A DNA stretch of 64,000 nt from an uncultured Actinomycetota bacterium (GCA_963770565.1 CAVYQE010000010.1:161822-225821), one strand, 5' to 3'; positions 29,878-42,069 are shown, counted from the first letter of the stretch. Notes: generated by a model not told the origin, from the sequence alone. Program-made: numbers and translations.

Positions 29878-31647
29878 TTACAGGTATTGGCCGGTGTTGG
29901 CGACCGTATCGATCGACCGGCCGGACTCGTCGCCCTGCTTGCCGGTGATGAGCGTACGGATGTAGACGATCCGCTCGCCCTTCTTTCCGGAGATCCGCGC
30001 CCAGTCGTCGGGGTTGGTCGTGTTGGGCAGGTCCTCGTTCTCCTTGAACTCATCGACACATGCGGTGAGCAGATGGCTGACCCGCAGGCCCTTCTGGCCT
30101 GACGACAGGAAGTCCTTGATCGCCATCTTCTTCGCGCGCGCGACGATGTTCTCGATCATGGCGCCGGAGTTGAAGTCCTTGAAGTACAGGACCTCTTTGT
30201 CGCCGTTGGCGTAGGTGACCTCGAGGAAGCGGTTCTCGTCGCTCTCGGTGTACATCCGCTCGACCACGCGCTGCACCATGGCGCCGATCGTGGCCTCCGG
30301 CGACCCGCCGTGCTCGGCGAGGTCCTCGGCGTGCAGCGGCAGCTCCGCGACGACGTACTTCGTGAAGATGTCGCGCGCGGCCTCGGCGTCCGGTCGCTCG
30401 ATCTTGATCTTTACGTCGAGCCGGCCCGGGCGCAGGATCGCGGGGTCGATCATGTCCTCGCGGTTGGATGCGCCGATCACGATGACGTTCTCGAGCCCTT
30501 CGACGCCGTCGATCTCCGACAGCAGCTGCGGGACGATCGTGTTCTCGACGTCCGAGGAGACGCCCGAACCCCGGGTCCGGAAGATCGAGTCCATCTCGTC
30601 GAAGAAGACAATGACCGGCGTGCCCTCGCTGGCCTTCTCGCGGGCTCGCTGGAACACCAGCCGGATGTGCCGCTCGGTCTCGCCGACGTACTTGTTGAGC
30701 AGCTCGGGGCCCTTGATGTTGAGGAAGTACGACCGACCCTCGCCCTTGCCGGCTTCGGCGACCTTCTTGGCGAGCGAGTTGGCGACCGCCTTCGCGATCA
30801 GGGTCTTGCCGCACCCAGGAGGCCCGTAGAGCAGGATCCCCTTCGGCGGCCGGAGCTGGTGCTCGATGAACAGGTCCTTGTGCAGGAACGGCAGCTCGAC
30901 GGCGTCGCGGATCTGCTCGATCTGCTCGCTGAGGCCGCCGATGTCGTTGTAGTCGATGTCCGGGACCTCTTCGAGGACCAGCTCCTCGACCTCGGACTTC
31001 GGGATTCGTTCGTAGGCATAGCCGGAGCGGGACTCCAGCAGCAGTGAGTCGCCGGCGCGAAGCGGCGAATCGAGCAGCGAGTCGGCGAGCATGACGACCC
31101 GCTCCTCGTCGGTGTGCCCGAGAACGAGCGCACGATCGCCGCCTTCGAGCACCTCCTTGAGCATCACGACGTCGCCGAGTCGCTCGAAGCTCAATGCCTC
31201 GACCACGTTGAGCGCCTCGTTGAGCATTACCTCCTGGCCGCGTCGCAGGTCATCGACCTCGATCGACGGCGAGACCGACACCCGCAGCTTGCGGCCACCG
31301 GTGAAGATGTCGACGGTGCCGTCCTCGTGGGTGCCGATGTAGTAGCCGTAGCCCGATGGCGGCTGCGCCAGCCGGTCGACCTCTTCCTTCAGCGCCACGA
31401 TCTGCTCGCGGGCTTCCTTCAGAGTCGACACCAGGCGCTCGTTCTGGCTGCTGACTCCCGACAGCGAAGCCTGCGCCTCAGCCAGCCGCTCTTCGAGGCC
31501 GCGCACCTGCCGCGGCGAGTCCGCGAGCCGGCGGCGCAGCGAACCCACTTCCTCCTCGAGGAAGGTCAGTTGGTTGCTGAGGTCCTGCGCCTCCCGCTCA
31601 AGTCGAGCGGCGCGTACCTCTGCATCCTCATGTGCGGGCACATACAC
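29878..31647 (-). CDS. arc: Proteasome AAA ATPase ARC/Mpa
   Basis: N-terminal coiled coil, [15 protein letters not shown]-terminal GQYL. Confidence 0.98.
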   Translation of the reverse strand: MYVPAHEDAEVRAARLEREAQDLSNQLTFLEEEVGSLRRRLADSPRQVRGLEERLAEAQASLSGVSSQNERLVSTLKEAREQIVALKEEVDRLAQPPSGYGYYIGTHEDGTVDIFTGGRKLRVSVSPSIEVDDLRRGQEVMLNEALNVVEALSFERLGDVVMLKEVLEGGDRALVLGHTDEERVVMLADSLLDSPLRAGDSLLLESRSGYAYERIPKSEVEELVLEEVPDIDYNDIGGLSEQIEQIRDAVELPFLHKDLFIEHQLRPPKGILLYGPPGCGKTLIAKAVANSLAKKVAEAGKGEGRSYFLNIKGPELLNKYVGETERHIRLVFQRAREKASEGTPVIVFFDEMDSIFRTRGSGVSSDVENTIVPQLLSEIDGVEGLENVIVIGASNREDMIDPAILRPGRLDVKIKIERPDAEAARDIFTKYVVAELPLHAEDLAEHGGSPEATIGAMVQRVVERMYTESDENRFLEVTYANGDKEVLYFKDFNSGAMIENIVARAKKMAIKDFLSSGQKGLRVSHLLTACVDEFKENEDLPNTTNPDDWARISGKKGERIVYIRTLITGKQGDESGRSIDTVANTGQYL

Positions 31648-31721
31648 CTCCTCGGCTCATCGGCGTCAGATATTGAATGAGCCTATAGCGGGCCGGACCC
31701 GTCAGACAGGACATTGTGCGC

Positions 31722-32597
<876 letters not shown>

Positions 32598-32631
32598 CTA
32601 GCGCAGGCGGGTCGGAACGGCGTACGGCGGG

Positions 32632-33822
32632 TCAGCGAACGCCGGCCGCCCGAAGCGCGGCCACCAGGTCGGCGCGAGCCAGCACGCCGCTCAGCCGGCC
32701 GTTCGAGTCGGCGACAAGATATTCACTTGCCGGCGTCTTCTGGATCGCCGTCATCAGGTCCTCGCCGGTGAGTGTCGACGACAGCACCAGTCCGGCCTCG
32801 ACCGGGCGAGCCAGGTCGCTCACCGACATCCACGGCTGGCGCTCGACCGGGGTGGCCTGGACCGCCGCCTCGGACACGATGCCGGCCCAGCGATCGCGCC
32901 CGTCGACGACCACCAGGGCGCGCGCACCGATGGCCCGGGCCCGACGGACCGCCTCCGCCAGCGGCAACTGCGCCTCGACCGTCAACGCCGGTCGCACAAA
33001 GGTGGCCAGGTTGAGGCTCGGGACGGCGACGCCGACCCGCGCCTGCGCGATCGAGATCGAGGCGTTCGACCAGATGAAGAACGCAATGAAGATCAGGTAG
33101 AACACGCCGAAGGCGGAGTCCGACGAGGCAACGTTGGGGGCGATGAATGCAGTCAGTGCGACCGCGACCGCAACCCCGCGACCCACCCAGCCCGCGATCA
33201 ACAACGCGCGGAGCTTGTCCTTGGTGAAGTACCAGATCGCGGACCGCAACATCTGGCCGCCGTCGAGCGGCAGGCCGGGCAGCAGGTTGAACGCACCGAC
33301 CAGGCCGTTGATCCAGGCGAACGACCAGGCGAGCACCCAGCCGATCGAGTTCGTCGTGAACTGCGCCGCGACCAGTGCTCCGATCGCGGCCAACGTGATC
33401 GAGGTCAGCGGCCCGACCGCGGCGACCAGGTAGGCGCGACCCGGTGTCTCGGGATGATCGAGCACCTCCGACTGCGCGCCGAGCAACTGCAGCACGACCC
33501 GGCCGACCCGCAGCTTGAACGCCTTCGCCACCAAGACGTGACTCGCCTCGTGGGCAAGGACCGCGGCGTAGATGAGGGCGATCAGAGCGACCGCGGTGAT
33601 CACGCTTGCCGTGTTGCTGAGCCCTGGGATGTGCTGGCGCAAGCTGGTCGGTACGACGATCACCGCGAACACGACGATCAACAGCCAGGCGGGCGAGACC
33701 ACGAGCGGCACGCCGAAGATCCGGCCGGCCGGGATCCCGGTGACCCAGACCGACGACTTCGCCGGCGGGGTGGGCGCACCCTGATCGGGCTCGGACCGAC
33801 GGTCGGGTGACTCGTCGCTCAC
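32632..33822 (-). CDS. Site-2 protease (M50) with CBS domains
   Basis: HEASH, AAVGP, FNLLPGLPLDGG, C-terminal CBS-like pair. Confidence 0.92.
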   Translation of the reverse strand: MSDESPDRRSEPDQGAPTPPAKSSVWVTGIPAGRIFGVPLVVSPAWLLIVVFAVIVVPTSLRQHIPGLSNTASVITAVALIALIYAAVLAHEASHVLVAKAFKLRVGRVVLQLLGAQSEVLDHPETPGRAYLVAAVGPLTSITLAAIGALVAAQFTTNSIGWVLAWSFAWINGLVGAFNLLPGLPLDGGQMLRSAIWYFTKDKLRALLIAGWVGRGVAVAVALTAFIAPNVASSDSAFGVFYLIFIAFFIWSNASISIAQARVGVAVPSLNLATFVRPALTVEAQLPLAEAVRRARAIGARALVVVDGRDRWAGIVSEAAVQATPVERQPWMSVSDLARPVEAGLVLSSTLTGEDLMTAIQKTPASEYLVADSNGRLSGVLARADLVAALRAAGVR

Positions 33823-33861
33823 GGATTCATGGTAGGCGCGTCGGCTGACAGTGACGGTCTC

Positions 33862-33883
33862 CGTCGTACCCGTGTTCTACTTT
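33862..33883 (+). promoter_or_regulatory. Possible PafBC-dependent promoter of the RecB-family nuclease
   Basis: CGTCGT-N10-TACTTT versus the TGTCGG-N10-TANNNT PafBC motif (4/6 match); ATG lies 6 nt downstream. Confidence 0.4.
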
Positions 33884-33889
33884 CAGCAC

Positions 33890-34768
33890 ATGTCGACGGT
33901 TGACCTCGCAGCTCCAGAGCCGAGCGTCCCCGAGTGGTCGCTGTCGCCCTCCCGCGCGCTGGACTTCAAGAACTGCGCCTTGCTCTATCGCTTCCGGGTG
34001 ATCGACAAGCTGCCCGAGCCGCCCAGCATCGACGCCGCCCGGGGCACGGTCATCCACGGGATCCTGGAGAAACTGTTCGACCTCGACGCCGGGCAACGCA
34101 CGATCGCGGCGGCAATCGACCTGGCCGAGCCGCAGTGGCAGGAGCTGCTCGCCGACAACACCGAGCTGGCCGAGCTGGTGGCCACCGTTCCGGGTGGGCT
34201 GCCGGCCCTCCTGGAGTCCACCGGCGAGCTGCTCGACAGCTATTTCGCGCTCGAGGACCCCAGGCGGCTCGAGCCAGCCGAGCGCGAGGTGCTGGTCGAG
34301 ACCACGCTGCCCTCGGGCGTGCACCTCAAGGGTTTCGTCGACCGCCTCGACCGGTCCCCGGCCGGCGACCTGCGGATCGTCGACTACAAGAGCGGCAAGT
34401 CACCGCACGAGGCCTACGAAGGCAAGGCGCTGTTCCAGCTGCGGTTCTACGCGCTGGTCGTCTGGCGATCGACCGGCGTGTTGCCGCGGTTGCTTCGGCT
34501 CTACTACCTGAGAGACCGCGAGATCCTCGACTACTCCCCCGACGCCGCCGACCTCGAGTCGCTCGAGCGCCAGGTCGACGCGATCGCGACAGCGATCATC
34601 AAGGCGCGTGAGACCGGTGACTGGCGGCAGAAGCCCAGCAAGCTGTGCGACTGGTGTGCGCATCAGGCGATCTGCCCGGCCTTCGGCGGCACCCCGCCAC
34701 CCCTGCCGGAGGTGGTCCTGAGCGCGGAGATCGAGCCGGCCGAGCTAGTGGCCGAGGCCAATCGCTGA
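33890..34768 (+). CDS. RecB-family PD-(D/E)XK exonuclease
   Basis: LSPSRALDFKNC, GFVDRLD, IVDYKSGK, QLRFY, LCDWC.....CP. Confidence 0.92.
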   Translation: MSTVDLAAPEPSVPEWSLSPSRALDFKNCALLYRFRVIDKLPEPPSIDAARGTVIHGILEKLFDLDAGQRTIAAAIDLAEPQWQELLADNTELAELVATVPGGLPALLESTGELLDSYFALEDPRRLEPAEREVLVETTLPSGVHLKGFVDRLDRSPAGDLRIVDYKSGKSPHEAYEGKALFQLRFYALVVWRSTGVLPRLLRLYYLRDREILDYSPDAADLESLERQVDAIATAIIKARETGDWRQKPSKLCDWCAHQAICPAFGGTPPPLPEVVLSAEIEPAELVAEANR

Positions 34769-36796
34769 CTCGCAGAAGGCCAGCATGTCGGCGCGGGCTT
34801 CGACCTGCTTGCTGACCGGCGTGCCCATCCCGTGACCGGCTGAGGTCTCGATCCGGATCAGCGCCGGTGCGTCGCCGGCCTGCGCGGCCTGCAGGGCAGC
34901 CGCGAACTTGAACGAGTGCCCGGGCACCACCCGGTCGTCGTGATCACCGGTCATGACCAACGTGGGCGGGTACGCCGTACCCGGTCGGATCGCGTGCAGC
35001 GGGGAGTAGGCGCGGACCCAGCGGTACTCCTCGGGATCGGCCGGGTCGCCGAAGTCCCCCGTCCAGGCCCAGCCGATCGTGAACTTGGCGAACCGCAGCA
35101 TGTCCATGACCCCGACCTCGGGAACGGCGACACCAATCAGCTCGGGATGCTGGGTGAGCACCGCCCCGACCAGCAGGCCGCCGTTGGATCCGCCGTTGAT
35201 CACGATCTGCCCCGGGGTCGTCCATCCGGAGTCGACCAGCCAGCGGGCGCAGCCGGCAAAGTCGTCGAAGACGTTCTGCTTGTTGGCCCGTCGGCCGGCG
35301 TCATGCCAGGCCTTGCCGTACTCGCCGCCGCCGCGAAGATTCGCCACGGCGAGCAGGCCACCCCGCTCGACCCACACGAGCCAGCCCGGGCTGAAGGTCG
35401 GCGTGATCGGGATGTCGAAGCCGCCGTACCCGTAGAGCAAGGCCGGCACCGCGCCGGTCGGCTCGACGTCGCTGCGGTGGACCAGGAACAGCGGCACCAG
35501 CGTGCCGTCGGCGGAGGGGGCACTCGCTCGGGTCACCACGATCGACGAGGTGTCGATCGGCAGATCACTGTCGTGGACCCGCCGGGTCGCTCCGGTGGTC
35601 ACGTCGCACGCCCACACCGATGCCGGATCGGTGAAGGACGTCGCACCCACATGCACGGTGGTCGACTCGTCGGAGCCGGACAGCTCCGTAATGCTGAGAT
35701 ACGCCGGCAGATCCGCCTCGGCGAGGCGCTCACCGGCTCTGGACCAGATCTGCAGCGCTGAGCTGGCGTCGCGCAGCAGGTGGGCGACGAGGTTACCGCC
35801 GGCCTGGACGACATCTTGGATCGAGTCGGGTCCCTCCGGGATGACCTCGCGCCAGTGATCCGGTTCCGGGTGGTCGAGGTCGACGGCCACCACTCGGCGG
35901 CGCGGCGCCCCGGCGTCGGTGAGGACGAAGAAGGTCGATCCGTCGTTGCCGATCACCCGCGAGTTGGCGTCCGGGGTAGGGAGCAGGGGGCGGATCCCGG
36001 CGGCCCGGTCGTGCAGGTCCATGACCCGCGTGATCGTTTCCGGGTCGGTGCCGCGATGCATCCAGATGATCAGCCACCGACCGTGGTCGAGAGTCCACGT
36101 GTCGGGCTCCCACTGCGGGTCCGGGTCGGCGTAGATCAGCTCGTCCTCGGATTGAGCCGTGCCGAGCAGATGCAGCTGCAGCCGCAGGCCGTCGGTCGAG
36201 TCGAGGTACTCCTTCCCGGCGACCGGCGGGTCGAACGCGCCGTAGAAGAAGCCCGAGGCGTCGGGCAGCCACGACGCCATCGAGAACTTCGACCACTCGA
36301 CCAGGTCGTCGAGATCCTTGCCGGAGGAGACGTCGCGCACCCGCCAGACCATCCAGTCCGAGCCGGCGCTGCTGGTGGCATATGCGACCCGGGTGCCGTC
36401 GTCGCTGACATTCCACGCCGTCAGTGAGACCGTGCCGTCCTCGGAGAGCGGGTTGAGGTCGAGCAGGACCTGACCCTCGTCGTCGGCGGAGTCGGCCACC
36501 CGCAAGACCGGCTGGTTGGCGCCGCCGTCGTGCCGGGTGAAGAACCACCGCCCACCGTGCTCGTACGGCGTACCCCATCTGGTGACGTCCCAGACCTCCG
36601 ACAGCCGCTGCCGGATCGCCTCCCGCTCAGGCAGCGAGTCGAGGTACGCCGACGTCACCGCGTTCTCCGCCGCGATCCAAGCTCGGGTCTCAGCCGACTC
36701 GGTGTCCTCGAGCCATCGGTAGGGATCGGCGATCGACTCGCCATGCCAGTCGTCGACGATGTCGTCGTCGCGCCGGGTCACTGGCAGGTCAGGCAT
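34745..36796 (-). CDS. Prolyl oligopeptidase (S9A)
   Basis: DPYRWLED, LYGYGGF, NLRGGGEYG, GGSNGG, DHDDRV, AGH. Confidence 0.96.
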   Translation of the reverse strand: MPDLPVTRRDDDIVDDWHGESIADPYRWLEDTESAETRAWIAAENAVTSAYLDSLPEREAIRQRLSEVWDVTRWGTPYEHGGRWFFTRHDGGANQPVLRVADSADDEGQVLLDLNPLSEDGTVSLTAWNVSDDGTRVAYATSSAGSDWMVWRVRDVSSGKDLDDLVEWSKFSMASWLPDASGFFYGAFDPPVAGKEYLDSTDGLRLQLHLLGTAQSEDELIYADPDPQWEPDTWTLDHGRWLIIWMHRGTDPETITRVMDLHDRAAGIRPLLPTPDANSRVIGNDGSTFFVLTDAGAPRRRVVAVDLDHPEPDHWREVIPEGPDSIQDVVQAGGNLVAHLLRDASSALQIWSRAGERLAEADLPAYLSITELSGSDESTTVHVGATSFTDPASVWACDVTTGATRRVHDSDLPIDTSSIVVTRASAPSADGTLVPLFLVHRSDVEPTGAVPALLYGYGGFDIPITPTFSPGWLVWVERGGLLAVANLRGGGEYGKAWHDAGRRANKQNVFDDFAGCARWLVDSGWTTPGQIVINGGSNGGLLVGAVLTQHPELIGVAVPEVGVMDMLRFAKFTIGWAWTGDFGDPADPEEYRWVRAYSPLHAIRPGTAYPPTLVMTGDHDDRVVPGHSFKFAAALQAAQAGDAPALIRIETSAGHGMGTPVSKQVEARADMLAFCESAIGLGH

Positions 36797-37481
36797 CGCG
36801 GGCTCCGTTCAAGGTCGGGACGTGCTCAACCAACCAGACCGGATCGATGTCCTCCAGCGATTTCACCACCGGCCGATTCGGGGTCGCGACGATCGGTGCC
36901 GCCACCCACGGGACCGCAACCACGGTCGCGCCGGCCGCCTCGCCCGCCTCGACTCCGCTGATGGCGTCCTCGACGACGACCGTGTGCCGCGGCTCGACCC
37001 TGAGGTGCGCGCAAGCGACGAGATAGGGGTCGGGCGCCGGCTTGCTGCGTTCGACCTCGTCACCCGCAATCGTGACCCTGAACCGCTCGGCGCCGATCGA
37101 GGCGAGCGCGGCGTCGACGAGCACCCGGTACGACGAGGAGACCAGGGCGGTCGGCACGCCCAGCTCACGCACTCCGTCGACCAGCTCGAGCGCGCCTGGC
37201 ATCAGGGGCAGCTCGATCCGGAAGAGCTCGATCATCCGTTCCGCCAAGAACCGCGTCGCGTCGGCGACGTCGGCCGGGCCGGCGGCGGCGCCGAACCAGC
37301 GCAGGATGACCGGCACCGCGACGTCCAGCCGGGTCCCGAGCACCGCGGCCTTCAGGTTCGGGCTCCAGGTGCCGCCGAGTCGCAGTGCCAGTTCCTTCTC
37401 GGCAATCGTCCAGAGCGGCTCGGAGTCGACCAGGAGCCCGTCCATGTCGAACAACACCGCGGCCGCGCGCGCCCTCGTCAT
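36789..37481 (-). CDS. HAD-family phosphatase
   Basis: FDMDGLLVDSE, KPAPDPY, VEDA..G..AG.AAG. Confidence 0.93.
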   Translation of the reverse strand: MTRARAAAVLFDMDGLLVDSEPLWTIAEKELALRLGGTWSPNLKAAVLGTRLDVAVPVILRWFGAAAGPADVADATRFLAERMIELFRIELPLMPGALELVDGVRELGVPTALVSSSYRVLVDAALASIGAERFRVTIAGDEVERSKPAPDPYLVACAHLRVEPRHTVVVEDAISGVEAGEAAGATVVAVPWVAAPIVATPNRPVVKSLEDIDPVWLVEHVPTLNGARDA

Positions 37482-37518
37482 CGGTTGACCCGGTCGAATC
37501 CGCCCGCCGTCATGGCGG

Positions 37519-40500
37519 TCACCGGGCGTTGAAGTACTTCGCCTCGGGGTGGTGCACGACGATCGCGTCGGTCGCCTGCTCGGGAACGAGCTGGAAGCCT
37601 TCGGAGAGACTCACGCCGATCCGAGCCGGGTCGAGGAGCTCGACGATCTTCTCGCGATCCTCGAGATCGGGGCAGGCCGGATAACCGAAGGAGTAGCGCG
37701 ACCCGCGATAGGCCTGATGGGACAGCACCTCCGAGACTTCGCTCGAGGTCTCGGCCGCAAAGCCGAGCTCTTCGCGGATCCGCGAGTGCCAGAGCTCGGC
37801 CAGCGCTTCGGTGAGCTGCACCGACAGGCCGTGCAACTCGAGGTAGTCCCGATAGGCGTCCGCCTCGAACAACTCGGCGGTCACCTCACTGATCCGCGCA
37901 CCGACCGTGACCAGCTGGAACGCCACGACGTCGATCTCGCCGGACTCCTCCGGCCGGAAGAAGTCGGACAGGCACAAGAAGCGGTCCCGCCGCTGCCGGG
38001 GGAAGCTGAACCGGGTGCGTTCCGAGCCGTCATCGCGCAGGACGATGAGGTCATCTCCCTTGGAAACACAGGGAAAGTAGCCGTAGACGACGCCGGCTTC
38101 GAGCCAGTGCTCGGCCTGCATCCGTTCGAGCCACATCCGCAGCCGCGGGCGACCCTCGGTCTCGACCAGCTCGTCGTACGACGGACCGTCGCCGCGCGAG
38201 GGCTTCAGGCCCCATTGGCCCAGGAAGGTGGCCCGCTCGTCGAGCAACGCGGCGTACTCGGCCAGCGCGATGCCCTTGCTCACCCGGTTGCCCCAGAACG
38301 GCGGGGTCGGGATCGGGTTGTCGATGGCGACGTCGGACCGGGCCGGCAGGTCTTCCGGCGCCACCTCCTTGAGGCTGCTGACCCGCGCGGCGACCCGGCG
38401 GGCGCGCGGCTCGGGCAGGGTCGCGCCCGGCTCGCCGCGCTTGACCGCCATCACCGCGTCCATCAGACGAAGCCCTTCGAACGCGTCGCGGGCGTAGCGC
38501 ACCTCGCCGACGTACATCTGGGCCAGGTCGACCTCGACGTAGGCGCGGGTCAGCGCGGCGCCGCCGAGCAGGACCGGCCAGCGCGCGCCGAGCCCTCGGG
38601 AGTTCATCTCCTCGAGGTTCTCCTTCATGATCACCGTGCTCTTGACCAGCAGGCCGCTCATCCCGATCGCGTCGGCGCGATGCTCGTGGGCGGCGTCGAG
38701 GATCGCCGAGATCGGCTGCTTGATGCCGAGGTTGACCACGTTGTAGCCGTTGTTGCTCAAGATGATGTCGACGAGGTTCTTGCCGATGTCGTGGACGTCG
38801 CCGCGCACGGTCGCCAGCACGATCGTGCCCTTGCCGGCCTCGTCGGTCTTCTCCATATATGGCTCGAGATAGCCCACCGCGGCCTTCATCACTTCAGCCG
38901 ACTGCAGGACGAACGGCAGCTGCATCTGCCCAGAACCGAACAGCTCACCGACCACCCTCATGCCCTCGAGCAGGTAGTCGTTGATGATGTCGAGCGGCGC
39001 CTTGCCGGAGTCCATCGCCGCCGCGAGGTCGGGCTCGAGCCCGTTGCGCTCGCCGTCGATCACCCGTCGCGCCAGCCGCTCGCTCAGCGGCAGCGCGGCC
39101 AGCTCCTGCGCCCGCGATTGCCGGGCCGCGGCCGGGTCGACACCCTCGAAAAGGTCGAGGAACCGGGTCAGCGGGTCGTACCCGGGTTGGTCGTCGGTCG
39201 CGGCGCGGCGCCGGTCGTAGACCAGGTCGAGTGCGACCTCGCGCTGCTCGTCGGGGATTCGCGCGACCGGGAGGATCTTCGAGGCGTGCACGATCGCGGA
39301 GTCGAGACCCGCCTTGGTGCACTCGTGCAGGAACACCGAGTTGAGCACCTGCCGAGCCGCCGGGTTGAGGCCGAACGAGACGTTGGACAGACCGAGCGTG
39401 GTCTGCACGTCGGGATACAGCCGCTTCAGCTCACGGATCGCGTTGATCGTCTCGATCCCGTCGCGGCGGGTCTCCTCCTGGCCAGTGGCGATCGGGAAGG
39501 TCAGGCAGTCGACCAGGATGTCGCCGACGTCGAGGCCCCAGTTGTTCGTGAGGTCCTCGATCAGCCGGGTCGCGACCCGGACCTTCCACTCCGCGGTCCG
39601 GGCCTGACCCTCCTCGTCGATGGTGAGCGCAACCACCGCCGCGCCGTGTTCGCGCACCAACGGCATCACCCGCGCGATCCGCGAGCCCGGGCCGTCGCCG
39701 TCCTCGTAGTTGACCGAGTTGACCACGCTGCGCCCACCGAGGCACTCGAGCCCGGCTTCGATAACTGCGGGCTCGGTGGAGTCGAGCATCAGCGGCAACG
39801 TGGAAGCGGTCGCGAACCGGAAGGCCACCTCGTGCATGTCCTCGGCACCATCGCGGCCGACGTAGTCGACGCAGACGTCCAGCAGGTGCGCGCCGTCGCG
39901 GGTCTGCTCCCGCGCGATCTCGACGCAGGACTCCCACTCGCCCGACAGCATCGCATCGCGGAACGCCTTGGAACCGTTGGTGTTGGTTCGCTCGCCGATC
40001 GTGAGGTACGTCGTGTCCTGGCGGAACGGCACGGTCTGATACAGACTCGCCGCACCCCGCTCGGGTCGGGGCCGGCGCCCGGTGACCTCGCGGCCGCCGA
40101 CCCGCTCGACCACCTGGCGGATGTGCTCGGGAGTCGTGCCGCAGCAGCCGCCGACGAGCGAGAGCCCGAAGTCGCGGGTGAATGAGTCGTGCGCATCCGC
40201 GAGCTGCGACGGAGTGAGCGGGTAGCGAGCCCCGGACGCGGTCAGCTCGGGCAGGCCCGCGTTCGGCATGCAGGACAGGCCCACCGTGGCGTGCCTCGAG
40301 AGGTAGCGCAGATGCTCGCTCATCTCGTTCGGGCCGGTCGCGCAGTTGAGCCCGATCAGGTCGATGCCGAGCGGCTCGAGCGCGGTCAGCGCGGCGCCGA
40401 TCTCGCTGCCGAGCAGCATCGTGCCGGTCGTCTCGACAGTGACCTGGACGAACAGCGGCAGCTTGGTCCCGGCGGCGGTGAACGCCCGCCGCGCGCCGTT

Positions 40501-41034
40501 GATCGCGGCCTTCGTCTGCAGCAGATCCTGGCTGGTCTCGACGAGTACGGCGTCGACGCCGCCGGTCATCATGCCGTCGACCTGGGCCTGGTAGGCGTCG
40601 CGGAGCGCGGCGTACCGGACGTGGCCGAGGGTCGGCAGCTTCGTGCCGGGGCCGACCGAGCCGATCACCCACCGCGGGTGGTCCGCGGTCGACCAGCCGT
40701 CAGCCACCTCGCGCGCCAGCCGGGCACCGGCTTCAGCGAGCGGGTGGATCCGCTCGGCGATGTCGTACTCCCCCAGGTTGGCCAGGTTGGCCCCGAAGGT
40801 GTTGGTCTCGACCAGGTCGCAGCCGACCGAGAAGTAGGCGTCGTGGATGCTGCGGACGACGTCGGGCCGGGTGTCGTTGAGGACCTCGTTGCAGCCCTCG
40901 TGGCCCTCGAAGTCATCGAGGGTGAGGTCGAAGCCCTGGAGCATCGTGCCCATGGCCCCGTCAGCGACGAGGACCCGCTCCTGCAGTGCCTGAAGCAATG
41001 CGGCGGGTGAGAGGCGCTGCGAGGGACTTGACAT
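37519..41034 (-). CDS. metH: Cobalamin-dependent methionine synthase
   Basis: DGAMGTML, GGCCGTTP, IGERTN, DVHDIGKN, RYSFGYPACP. Start set at ATG 41034 after a TAGACT box. Confidence 0.97.
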   Translation of the reverse strand: MSSPSQRLSPAALLQALQERVLVADGAMGTMLQGFDLTLDDFEGHEGCNEVLNDTRPDVVRSIHDAYFSVGCDLVETNTFGANLANLGEYDIAERIHPLAEAGARLAREVADGWSTADHPRWVIGSVGPGTKLPTLGHVRYAALRDAYQAQVDGMMTGGVDAVLVETSQDLLQTKAAINGARRAFTAAGTKLPLFVQVTVETTGTMLLGSEIGAALTALEPLGIDLIGLNCATGPNEMSEHLRYLSRHATVGLSCMPNAGLPELTASGARYPLTPSQLADAHDSFTRDFGLSLVGGCCGTTPEHIRQVVERVGGREVTGRRPRPERGAASLYQTVPFRQDTTYLTIGERTNTNGSKAFRDAMLSGEWESCVEIAREQTRDGAHLLDVCVDYVGRDGAEDMHEVAFRFATASTLPLMLDSTEPAVIEAGLECLGGRSVVNSVNYEDGDGPGSRIARVMPLVREHGAAVVALTIDEEGQARTAEWKVRVATRLIEDLTNNWGLDVGDILVDCLTFPIATGQEETRRDGIETINAIRELKRLYPDVQTTLGLSNVSFGLNPAARQVLNSVFLHECTKAGLDSAIVHASKILPVARIPDEQREVALDLVYDRRRAATDDQPGYDPLTRFLDLFEGVDPAAARQSRAQELAALPLSERLARRVIDGERNGLEPDLAAAMDSGKAPLDIINDYLLEGMRVVGELFGSGQMQLPFVLQSAEVMKAAVGYLEPYMEKTDEAGKGTIVLATVRGDVHDIGKNLVDIILSNNGYNVVNLGIKQPISAILDAAHEHRADAIGMSGLLVKSTVIMKENLEEMNSRGLGARWPVLLGGAALTRAYVEVDLAQMYVGEVRYARDAFEGLRLMDAVMAVKRGEPGATLPEPRARRVAARVSSLKEVAPEDLPARSDVAIDNPIPTPPFWGNRVSKGIALAEYAALLDERATFLGQWGLKPSRGDGPSYDELVETEGRPRLRMWLERMQAEHWLEAGVVYGYFPCVSKGDDLIVLRDDGSERTRFSFPRQRRDRFLCLSDFFRPEESGEIDVVAFQLVTVGARISEVTAELFEADAYRDYLELHGLSVQLTEALAELWHSRIREELGFAAETSSEVSEVLSHQAYRGSRYSFGYPACPDLEDREKIVELLDPARIGVSLSEGFQLVPEQATDAIVVHHPEAKYFNAR

Positions 41035-41134
41035 CTCGCTCGAGTCTAACGGCGGTGGCCAGGCACGGCGCGCTGATTTCGGCTCGCCCGAGCGGCCGAC
41101 GGGAGCCGGTCGGGACCCGGCATACGCTGGCAAC

Positions 41135-41974
41135 GTGGCGGACGGTCTCGGCGCGAGCAACGGGCGCCGAATGATGATCGCGGCGTTCGAGGGCTGGAAC
41201 GACGCCGCCGACGCCGCGACCAACGCGATCGAGCACCTCGAGCGGGAGTGGAACGTCACGCCGTTCGCGGCGATCGACCCCGAGCCGTACTACGACTACC
41301 AAGTGAACCGCCCGACGGTCCGGCTGGTCGACGGCGTCTCGCGCCGGATCGACTGGCCGACGACCCGGCTCGGTCTCGCCCAGGCCGGCGACACCGAGGT
41401 GGTGCTGATCCGCGGGCTCGAGCCGAACATGCGGTGGCGGGCGTTCTGCGAGGAGCTCACCGACTTCGCGAATGAGCTCGACGTCGACCGGATCGTGTGC
41501 CTCGCCGCGTTGCTGGCTGATGTGCCGCACACCCGCCCGATCGACATCAACGGCTCGGCATCGGACGAGTCGACCGCGGCGGCGCTCGGGCTCAGTCGGT
41601 CCCGCTACGAGGGCCCGACCGGCGTGGTCAGCGTCTTCCACCAGGCGCTTGCCGAGACCGGGCGCAGGGTCGTCACCTATTGGGCGAGCGTGCCGCACTA
41701 CGTCGCGCAGCCGCCGTGCCCGAAGGCCACCTTGACACTGCTGCACCGGGTCGAGGACGCACTCGACATCGCCGTACCCCTCGGTGACCTGCCGGAGCAG
41801 GCGCTCGCCTGGGAGAACGGCGTCGACGAGCTGGCCCGCGAGGACGGCGAGATCGCCGACTACATCGCCTCACTCGAGCGGCGTGAGGACGCGACCGCGC
41901 TGCCGGAGGCGAGCGGCGAGGCGATCGCTAAGGCGTTCGAGCGCTACCTCCGCCGCCGCGACGACACCGACTAA
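41135..41974 (+). CDS. PAC2-family (proteasome assembly chaperone-like) protein
   Basis: AFEGWNDAADAA, YYDYQVNRP, EPNMRW, VPHY, FERYL. Confidence 0.92.
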   Translation: MADGLGASNGRRMMIAAFEGWNDAADAATNAIEHLEREWNVTPFAAIDPEPYYDYQVNRPTVRLVDGVSRRIDWPTTRLGLAQAGDTEVVLIRGLEPNMRWRAFCEELTDFANELDVDRIVCLAALLADVPHTRPIDINGSASDESTAAALGLSRSRYEGPTGVVSVFHQALAETGRRVVTYWASVPHYVAQPPCPKATLTLLHRVEDALDIAVPLGDLPEQALAWENGVDELAREDGEIADYIASLERREDATALPEASGEAIAKAFERYLRRRDDTD

Positions 41975-41985
41975 CCCCACCCCGA

Positions 41986-42062
41986 GCAATGTCACATTGC
42001 CTGTGCTTTTCCGGGGGCAGTGTGACATTGCCCCCGGAAAGCGCTGGGCAATGTGACATTGC
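41986..42062. repeat. Three 15-bp palindromes at 31-bp spacing (REP-like)
   Basis: GCAATGTCACATTGC (41986), GCAGTGTGACATTGC (42017), GCAATGTGACATTGC (42048), between convergent genes. Confidence 0.88.
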
Positions 42063-42069
42063 TTGGGAG

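Noticed and set aside
33890-34768. Cas4 or defence nuclease
   Set aside because: It is the housekeeping RecB-family nuclease normally found beside trmI and arc; no CRISPR context.
37549-40185. 878-aa plus-strand ORF, and similar long ORFs at 47668-49974, 57123-59198 and 24736-26148
   Set aside because: Antisense shadows of well-supported genes, expected from high-GC codon bias; no recognisable motifs.
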